From an uncultured Candidatus Micrarchaeota archaeon (GTDB lineage Archaea > Micrarchaeota > Micrarchaeia > Micrarchaeales > Micrarchaeaceae): a DNA stretch of 64,000 nt. Shown in pieces: positions 57,878 to 64,000 of this stretch. The notes beneath the pieces were generated by a model that ran no database searches, had not been told where the DNA came from, and saw only the letters and a list, made by a program, of their open reading frames with translations. The stretch lies in assembly GCA_963741095.1 (NCBI GenBank), contig CAVUGN010000004.1, positions 53,190 to 117,189 of the forward strand, given 5' to 3'. The translations under genes and the position numbers were made by a program. Positions within the stretch are counted from its first letter, which is position 1, and each line of letters begins with the position of its first letter.

Positions 57878-58963
57878 TCAACACCTAAGCAGTTCAGTGC
57901 ACTCGCTGACCTTCAAGAGAGCGTCGTCGCTTATGTCCATGACTGCGAGACTCCTGATGTCCTTCTCTATCTTTGCATGATACGGGAGAATCCCGCGGAA
58001 GTTCCAGCCCAGCGTGGTGACCGATTCCAGCACGCTGGTCTTCATGAAATTGCCCTCAAGGAACAGGACATCATAATCGTTCATGTTCATCCTCACGTGA
58101 TAGTCCAGGAGCTCGGCGGTGATCGCCAGGAAGAGCGCTCTCGCCCTGCCTCCTCTGTAATCCTCGCGCACCACGAAGTCGGTGAGCTCCGCAAGCTTTA
58201 TGTGTCCACTCTCAAACGGGACCCGCGAAGTCTCTATTATGCCCATGGCTATGGCCTCCTGCCCTCCGCGTTCCGTTGCCACCGAAAGCAAAGTGTTGCT
58301 GTCTGTCAGCAGGCGCATGGCGCTCATCTCATCATAGCCGAATGTCTTTGTCATGAGCCTGATCAGAGAGTTCGTGTGTATCCCGGCATAGCTCTCGAGA
58401 TACAGCACTCGCTCCCCGTCAAAGGCCCTTATTTCGTATCCTTCCCTCCTTACCTCACCCAATCTGTCACCCAGCCTGCGTTGCATTTCAGCATGATCTT
58501 CTGCCTGTACCATGACCTCCCCCATCCTTCTCGAGTAGGTGCGGCTTTCCTCCGCGCTTGGACTTCTGGTGCTGCTGTTAAATCCTATGTAAGCGATCGA
58601 GTCGTTGTGGTTCCTTCCGTGCATCGGCAGCGTGGCCTCAACGTTCGCGCCGATCCCCGATATTCCCGCGCGCAGCGAATTTATGTACTTGTTGTTCACG
58701 ACGAGCCTGATGCTGAGCCTGCTTGCCTCGCCGAATCCGCACCGGACGCACTCGTCGTTCTCGATCATCTGCTTTCCGTACTGCGTGATCCTGATGGCGC
58801 TCCGCACCTTTTCCGCAGAGTCAACCCTGATGTCTATGAAGCCCTTCAGCCTCTCGGATCCGCCGGGCCCGATGTAGCCCACCGGGCCGATGCTGTCCGA
58901 GGCTTCCCTCGGCGCGTAGAATGCCGCAGCGGTCCTGTCTATGTTTTGCATATGTTGTACCAT
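57878..58963 (-). CDS. Hypothetical protein with GNAT-like C-terminal domain
   Basis: AELTDFVVREDYRGG resembles the GNAT acetyl-CoA-binding motif A; overlaps/abuts the downstream M20 gene. Confidence 0.55.
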   Translation of the reverse strand: MVQHMQNIDRTAAAFYAPREASDSIGPVGYIGPGGSERLKGFIDIRVDSAEKVRSAIRITQYGKQMIENDECVRCGFGEASRLSIRLVVNNKYINSLRAGISGIGANVEATLPMHGRNHNDSIAYIGFNSSTRSPSAEESRTYSRRMGEVMVQAEDHAEMQRRLGDRLGEVRREGYEIRAFDGERVLYLESYAGIHTNSLIRLMTKTFGYDEMSAMRLLTDSNTLLSVATERGGQEAIAMGIIETSRVPFESGHIKLAELTDFVVREDYRGGRARALFLAITAELLDYHVRMNMNDYDVLFLEGNFMKTSVLESVTTLGWNFRGILPYHAKIEKDIRSLAVMDISDDALLKVSECTELLRC

Positions 58964-59085
58964 GATCTCACAAAGTGCCCCATCGCTAGGGGTGAAACAC
59001 ATAGTATTATATGAACTCCCAAGTATATTAACTTAGTGTTATCTAAATAACAAAATAATAATGATTTGTTACAAATGGGGATAAA

Positions 59086-59745
59086 ATGGTCACCGTGGCG
59101 CATCTGGTCGAGAAAATCATCGAAAGGAGGCCGTTTTTGGAGGAGGCGGTTGCAAGGGGCATAGTCAACTACGCGGCTCTGGCCGAGGAGCTCAAGCCGG
59201 AGATAGACAAGGAGATGAAGAAGGACACCAAGCCCTCGGCGATAATGATGGCGATAAGGCGTCTGTCTGAGAAGCTGCACGACAGCTTCGTCGGCCAGGC
59301 TCCGATCAAGTTCAAGGAATCCGACATAACCATACGCTCCGACCTCCTGGAGGTAACGTTCGTCAAATCACCGAACGCGGTCGAGATAATAAGGGAGCTC
59401 TACGGGCTTGTTGATTTCAGGCGCGGGGATTTCCTGACCATAACGCAAGGTGTCTATGAAATAACCGCCATAGCGAGCAAGAAGTACAAGGGCGAGATAA
59501 TGCGGGTGCTGAAGTACGAGTCGGTGATAAAGGAGATAGACAAGCTGTCGTCGCTTACGATAAAGATACCGATCAGCGCCATCGACACCGTCGGCGTTTT
59601 CTACGTCGTGACCAAGGCGCTGAACTGGGAGAACATCAGCATAATCGAGGTGGTCTCCACGCTGACCGAAATGACCTTCGTGCTCAGGGAGCGGGACATA
59701 TCGCTGGCGTTCAACACGGTCAAGGAATTGATAGACGCGCAGTGA
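59086..59745 (+). CDS. ACT-domain regulatory protein
   Basis: N-terminal GIVNYAALA..L helical region; C-terminal ACT-like GVFYVV..L...NISIIEVVST.TE. Confidence 0.8.
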   Translation: MVTVAHLVEKIIERRPFLEEAVARGIVNYAALAEELKPEIDKEMKKDTKPSAIMMAIRRLSEKLHDSFVGQAPIKFKESDITIRSDLLEVTFVKSPNAVEIIRELYGLVDFRRGDFLTITQGVYEITAIASKKYKGEIMRVLKYESVIKEIDKLSSLTIKIPISAIDTVGVFYVVTKALNWENISIIEVVSTLTEMTFVLRERDISLAFNTVKELIDAQ

Positions 59746-59746
59746 T

Positions 59747-61495
59747 TCAAACGATGCCGGAGATGCACTTCGCCACCGGCAGCGCGCTGCCGGCAATGAT
59801 CACGAGTATGTAGGGCGCGACGATCGCTATGAAGCTGCCCACGACGCCCCCAATGACCATGCCCATGCCGTAGCCCTGGAACTGTCCCTTGTGGGTGCCC
59901 GGCATTATGGGGCCCAGGGTGTAAACGATGGCGCCCAGTATGACCAGAAGTATGCTCAGCAGGAACACTATGCTGTGCACCTCGCTGTAGATGTTGCAGA
60001 GCACGTTGACAAGCCAGTCTGGGGAATTGTAGGGCGTGGCCGCGACGGCGAGCGTGATCGTGTTGCTCGTGCCATGGTAGCTGGAGGTTACCGTGTAGGT
60101 CCCGTTCGTCAGGGCGCCGGCGCTTCCAAGGCTTACGCCTGTGCTGAAAGCGCCAGTATTGGATATCGGGGCATCGGCAGTGCTCACCGAACCGTGCGGG
60201 CCCGCTACGGAGATCACCACGTCATTCTTTCCCGATTTCGGCGCGGGCGACACGACTCCCGATACCTGTATGACATCGTTTCCCGAGTTCGAGTTGGTTA
60301 CGGAGTTTGCGGTCACGTTGCGGAACTGCGTCGTCGGCACGTTAAGGATGAATGTTGTCTTGCCGCCGCTGCCATAATAATTCGAATCAACGGTGTACGT
60401 ACCGTTCGAGAGATTGTTCTCCCTTCCCAGCGTTATGCTGATGTTGAAAGCCCCGGAAGTCAGCACGGGGGTGTCTCTCGTGGCCACGGGCGCGCCATGC
60501 GGTCCGAATATGGAGAGTATGACTATCGAGTTGGCTGATTTCGGCGGAGGCGAAACGCTGCCTGACACGTGCACTATGCTGTTGCCCGAGCTTGAATTGG
60601 TCACCGCATTCGCCGTGAAGTTGTGGAACTGCGCGGCAGCGGGCACGACGGCATTGATGCTCACGTGATGCCACAGAAATGCGACAAGCAGGTACAGCAC
60701 TGCGCATATCAGCAGCGCGATAAGGAAGGATCTCAGTTTGTGGTCCTCCTCCATGACCTTTCGTTCCTCGGTTGGGTTGGTGCTCAGCGCCCTGGTGTCC
60801 ATGACCGTTTCTCCGGTGTTCGGATCAAAATTTGGGGTGGCCGAAGCCTCGTTCGGCTCCTCCTTCCCATTATCAAAAGCATTCGCTGGTGCTGGCTCGG
60901 GCTGATTCTGCTCGTCGAATTTCCATCCGGGCTCCAACGTCTCCTGATTCTCTTTGGGCGGTTCGGATTTCTGCTCGGAAGAAGGTTCCTCGCCCTTTTC
61001 TGGAACATCCTCTGGTGCCGGCATCCCAGCGCCCTCGGCCGGTGTCCCGCTTTCCGCGTGCGGAGGTTCCGCATGTTCCTCGTATTGGCCATAAGTGGGC
61101 GACGGCTCCTCGCTCTTCGGGGTTTCCGGCGCGCTTGCGACCGCTTCGCCCATCGTCAGCGGCTCTTCGGCCGCCTTCACGGGTTCGCGATACGGCTCTG
61201 CGCCCTGTTCCGTCTTCGGCTTTGCGGCGCGCTTCTTTTTTATCTTAATCCCAGGCGCCTGCACCTGCGAACTCTCCGTTGGCTTCTGCTCTGGCGAAGC
61301 TGCCACATCGACTCCTGGCTGTTCAGGTGAAGATTGCTGCCCTCCTGCATTCTGACCGCCTGGCGAGCCTGCCGATGTTGCCAGATCGTCCGGTCCTGAA
61401 GCCGTCCTTGGGGTGCGCTGCCGTTTCGCCCTGCCTTCAGGCTCCTGCGCGGGTCCTACGCCGACCTGCCCCTCAGCCAAATCATCATCCGCCAA
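59747..61495 (-). CDS. Membrane protein: acidic disordered N-region, TM, two Ig-like repeats, C-terminal pilin-like hydrophobic hairpin
   Basis: ~250 aa rich in E/P/Q/A, TM (FLIALLICAVLYLLVAFLW), 101-aa tandem duplication, then LCNIY...2 TM segments; TTG start. Confidence 0.75.
   Translation of the reverse strand: MADDDLAEGQVGVGPAQEPEGRAKRQRTPRTASGPDDLATSAGSPGGQNAGGQQSSPEQPGVDVAASPEQKPTESSQVQAPGIKIKKKRAAKPKTEQGAEPYREPVKAAEEPLTMGEAVASAPETPKSEEPSPTYGQYEEHAEPPHAESGTPAEGAGMPAPEDVPEKGEEPSSEQKSEPPKENQETLEPGWKFDEQNQPEPAPANAFDNGKEEPNEASATPNFDPNTGETVMDTRALSTNPTEERKVMEEDHKLRSFLIALLICAVLYLLVAFLWHHVSINAVVPAAAQFHNFTANAVTNSSSGNSIVHVSGSVSPPPKSANSIVILSIFGPHGAPVATRDTPVLTSGAFNISITLGRENNLSNGTYTVDSNYYGSGGKTTFILNVPTTQFRNVTANSVTNSNSGNDVIQVSGVVSPAPKSGKNDVVISVAGPHGSVSTADAPISNTGAFSTGVSLGSAGALTNGTYTVTSSYHGTSNTITLAVAATPYNSPDWLVNVLCNIYSEVHSIVFLLSILLVILGAIVYTLGPIMPGTHKGQFQGYGMGMVIGGVVGSFIAIVAPYILVIIAGSALPVAKCISGIV
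60040..60631 (-). repeat. Intragenic tandem duplication, 303-nt period
   Basis: QFHNFTANAVTNSSSGN...GPHG...NGTYTV (from 60631) versus QFRNVTANSVTNSNSGN...GPHG...NGTYTV (from 60328). Confidence 0.85.
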
Positions 61496-61587
61496 CGCAT
61501 CGCCTCGAACAATAACAATCGTATTGTGATATATTTAATTTTTGCTATTGGGATTGCCCGCTTTGGGCATAATCCACTGCGATACCC

Positions 61588-61594
61588 TTATAAG
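61588..61594 (+). promoter_or_regulatory. Archaeal TATA box for the riboswitch-led transcript
   Basis: TTATAAG lies about 25 nt upstream of the 5' end of the predicted aptamer. Confidence 0.6.
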
Positions 61595-61612
61595 TCTTGT
61601 TCAAGATATCTA

Positions 61613-61729
61613 ACCAACGAACGGTTGGGTTCAGATCCAGCCTGTGTCGGGGGAAAGTGGTGAGATTCCACTGCTGTGCCGCAACTGTAATCCCATAAGG
61701 ATGGGTGAGCCAGTCTGCCCGGGTTCGGT
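61613..61729 (+). promoter_or_regulatory. Cobalamin (B12) riboswitch
   Basis: GGGAA, AGTGG-TGAGATT-CCACT T-loop hairpin, GCTGTGCCGCAACTGTAA, CCCAT/ATGGG hairpin, B12-box GAGCCAG.CTGCC, closing CGAAC/GTTCG; directly precedes a B12-binding-domain gene. Confidence 0.85.
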
Positions 61730-61741
61730 AAAGCCACGAGC

Positions 61742-64000
61742 ATGGTAAAAATGGGCAAAACTATCTCTTCGGTCCCGCAGGACAATTCAAAAAGCCAAGG
61801 CGCAGACGCCAGTAGGATCAAGGAAATACAGATGCGCATGGACACTGCTGGCTGCCTCGGCGAGCTCAGAGTCCAAAAGGATCTGCCCGTCGACTCCAAG
61901 GCGCGCAAGGACCACGAGAAACTGGTGGACAAAGTCTCCTGGTTCGTGAGCGACTTCGCGGGCAGCATAATAAAGAACGCTGCGCATGTAACCGAGACAA
62001 GAATCAGCGAGATAAAAGACATGCTTGCAGGACTCGATCCCTTTATCGCAGGCGAGATCCTTCTCTCAATTGAGAAGACCTCCGATGTAGCCGCGCTGAC
62101 AAACAAGGCTTTCATCGATTCTCTGGGCCGCTTTGATGTGGACATAGCCTGTGCGCTGCTGTACGAGATACGGTTAACGGGCAACACAGCCGCACTCACG
62201 CAAGAAGGCCTTTTCACCGACTACGCGGTCAATTTTCTCAACAGACTGGGCGCCGAGGCCGCAAGCGAATGGATGAACTCGATAGGCATGACGGGCATTC
62301 CGGGAAGTTTCGGCGTGCTCACTAGCGAAAAGGCCATGGGCGGCAACGTGATTGACGCGATAGGCGGCAGTGCGAAGATAGCCAGCGAGTTGTCCTACGC
62401 AATAGGGGTAACCGGAAAGGTTGACGAACTGACCGATTCCGGTTTCCTGGACTCTTTGAAGGGGCTGAAACGGGACGCGGCAGCTTCACTGTTGTCCAGA
62501 ATTTGGTACAAGGGAAGCATTGACGGGCTCACAAACATCAAGACAATTGGAAAGATAGGCCGGGGTGAACTCGACGTGTGGGACGACGCGGCAACAATCA
62601 ATAACAATCGCGGCACGGCGCTGCCTCCTGTCATAATCGCGAAGCTAGGTGCCGACCACCACGACCGAGGCGCGAAGCTTAAAGCGCAGCTAATGGCCGA
62701 CTCTGGCTTGAGGGTCGTGTACATCTCCGCGAAGAGCTCCGGCGAGGTTATGGACGCTGCGAGGAGGGTGGGCGCCGGCGCCATAGGATTCAGCATGATG
62801 GACGATTCGCAAAAGAGCATCGTCGCAGAAACCGTGGAGCGGATCAAATCGCAGAGCATCTCCGGAATAAAAATATTCGGCGGAGGCGCAATCACGCAGG
62901 ACACGGTCAAGGATCTGCAGCGGCTTGGAGTGAACATGTTCGGGCAGGGCATAACCAACGATGCCGCGCTGCTCACGTTCCTCGGCACTACCATGCCTAA
63001 CGCGCAAAAATCCGCGAACCCGAGCGTAACCCAAATTCCATGGGTCGGGATTGCTGCGAGCAACACATACGCCAACGCTGGCTACACCTTTGCTGCATTG
63101 GGCGTATCATACGCCATGCCGCTCGGCGTTCAGATTGTTGCAAGCACGAATTCGCGCCAGGCACTGGATCTTGCAACACCCATCCACTACGATTCGGACG
63201 AGGATTCAAAAAGAAAGAAGAAACTAGAGATTTCCAATATGCACACTAATCCACAAAAAGCAGACAACATCAAGGAAGAATATCTCAACATCGCATCCAA
63301 CAACCCTCCGCAATCATCGTCCAAAATCGATGCGGCCGGATTGCAGTACGCTGCGACGGCTGTCAAAACGCCAATAAAAACGTTAGAATATAATGTCACG
63401 TCGACCTTGTTGAAAGGCGTTCAGTACACAAACATTGCTACATCAACAGTTTCGGTCCTCAGCCAACCCTCCCTCAATATGCGCGCACACGTCGAACCAG
63501 GTTTCACCTTCGGAGTCAGCATCCATCATCATGACGGCATCGAGAAAAAGCGGGGATTTGAGAACACCAGCGCCGTCCCTGCAGAAATCAAAACAAGCAT
63601 GAACAAAGAAGAAAAGCCCCTTGAAATTCCCGCATTCTACACAAAGCCGCAGCAAATGTCCAAACCGAGCATGACCATATTGCAATCTGCCTCTGAAAAA
63701 GCGCCAATTCGGATGGCGGTCATCGCATCGGTCGGCTCGAGGGGCACGCAGTACGATCAGATTGCTGCATATCCTTCAGTGGAAACCAGCAAAGACGCCT
63801 CAAACACATGGCGGACTGCCGAACTAAGTTTTGTCGCTGCAACCTATTCGGATTTGGGAGAATACGCAAAGAAAAAGCGGACATTGCCAAACTCCACTAT
63901 GGATTTTGATTCTAAATCGAACGACCCCCAAAAAGATTTGCCACAAGCTCCAGTGTTCCACGATCGTCTCCAGGTCGCGCCTGAATCTGATGTGACGAAA
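61742..64000 (+). CDS. Large cobalamin-binding-domain protein with helical repeats (partial, >753 aa)
   Basis: Not in ORF track (no stop before the window end). Manual translation is open from ATG 61742 and contains VIIAKLGADHHDRGAK...GFSMM...IFGGGAI, a methylmalonyl-CoA mutase C-terminal-like B12 domain at 62624-62983. Confidence 0.85.
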   Translation, partial: MVKMGKTISSVPQDNSKSQGADASRIKEIQMRMDTAGCLGELRVQKDLPVDSKARKDHEKLVDKVSWFVSDFAGSIIKNAAHVTETRISEIKDMLAGLDPFIAGEILLSIEKTSDVAALTNKAFIDSLGRFDVDIACALLYEIRLTGNTAALTQEGLFTDYAVNFLNRLGAEAASEWMNSIGMTGIPGSFGVLTSEKAMGGNVIDAIGGSAKIASELSYAIGVTGKVDELTDSGFLDSLKGLKRDAAASLLSRIWYKGSIDGLTNIKTIGKIGRGELDVWDDAATINNNRGTALPPVIIAKLGADHHDRGAKLKAQLMADSGLRVVYISAKSSGEVMDAARRVGAGAIGFSMMDDSQKSIVAETVERIKSQSISGIKIFGGGAITQDTVKDLQRLGVNMFGQGITNDAALLTFLGTTMPNAQKSANPSVTQIPWVGIAASNTYANAGYTFAALGVSYAMPLGVQIVASTNSRQALDLATPIHYDSDEDSKRKKKLEISNMHTNPQKADNIKEEYLNIASNNPPQSSSKIDAAGLQYAATAVKTPIKTLEYNVTSTLLKGVQYTNIATSTVSVLSQPSLNMRAHVEPGFTFGVSIHHHDGIEKKRGFENTSAVPAEIKTSMNKEEKPLEIPAFYTKPQQMSKPSMTILQSASEKAPIRMAVIASVGSRGTQYDQIAAYPSVETSKDASNTWRTAELSFVAATYSDLGEYAKKKRTLPNSTMDFDSKSNDPQKDLPQAPVFHDRLQVAPESDVTK

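Noticed and set aside
1-64000. CRISPR arrays, rRNA, SRP/RNase P RNA, transposases, inteins, DGR/retron reverse transcriptases
   Set aside because: No spaced direct repeats or diagnostic motifs seen by eye; intergenic gaps are short and aIF5B, Cdc48 and PyrG have normal lengths.

Overview
Gene-dense archaeal chromosomal segment with EF-1alpha, uS10, eIF2-gamma, eS6, uL11, Spt5, aIF5B, Alba, Cdc48, archaeal DnaG, archaeal MAT and GGGP synthase. The fragmented core operons, many orphans and a pilin-like membrane protein fit a DPANN archaeon such as Micrarchaeota; this is inference, not tested. It carries two tRNA-Val genes, lysine/aspartate-family genes (dapL, lysA, hom), a polyamine set (pdaD, an aguB-aguA fusion, a DHS-like gene), peptidases and a PadR-ABC-S-layer-domain operon. 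No CRISPR array, rRNA or recognisable transposase/integrase was seen. Most notable: (1) a well-formed cobalamin riboswitch (~61613-61729) behind an archaeal TATA box. It precedes a >753-aa ORF absent from the ORF track, with five helical repeats, a DxHxxG cobalamin-binding domain, a long low-complexity tail and no visible mutase domain; a PduO adenosyltransferase lies elsewhere in the window. (2) Three unrelated proteins next to tRNA-Val(GAC), one an ankyrin-repeat protein, share a 16-aa N-terminal motif that may be a targeting signal. (3) A 38-aa hyperacidic microprotein upstream of cdc48, a DUF218-like gene split by one in-frame TAG, a tandem VTC/CYTH protein, and candidate structured leaders before dnaG and hom. 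All calls come from motif recognition by eye; no searches were run.
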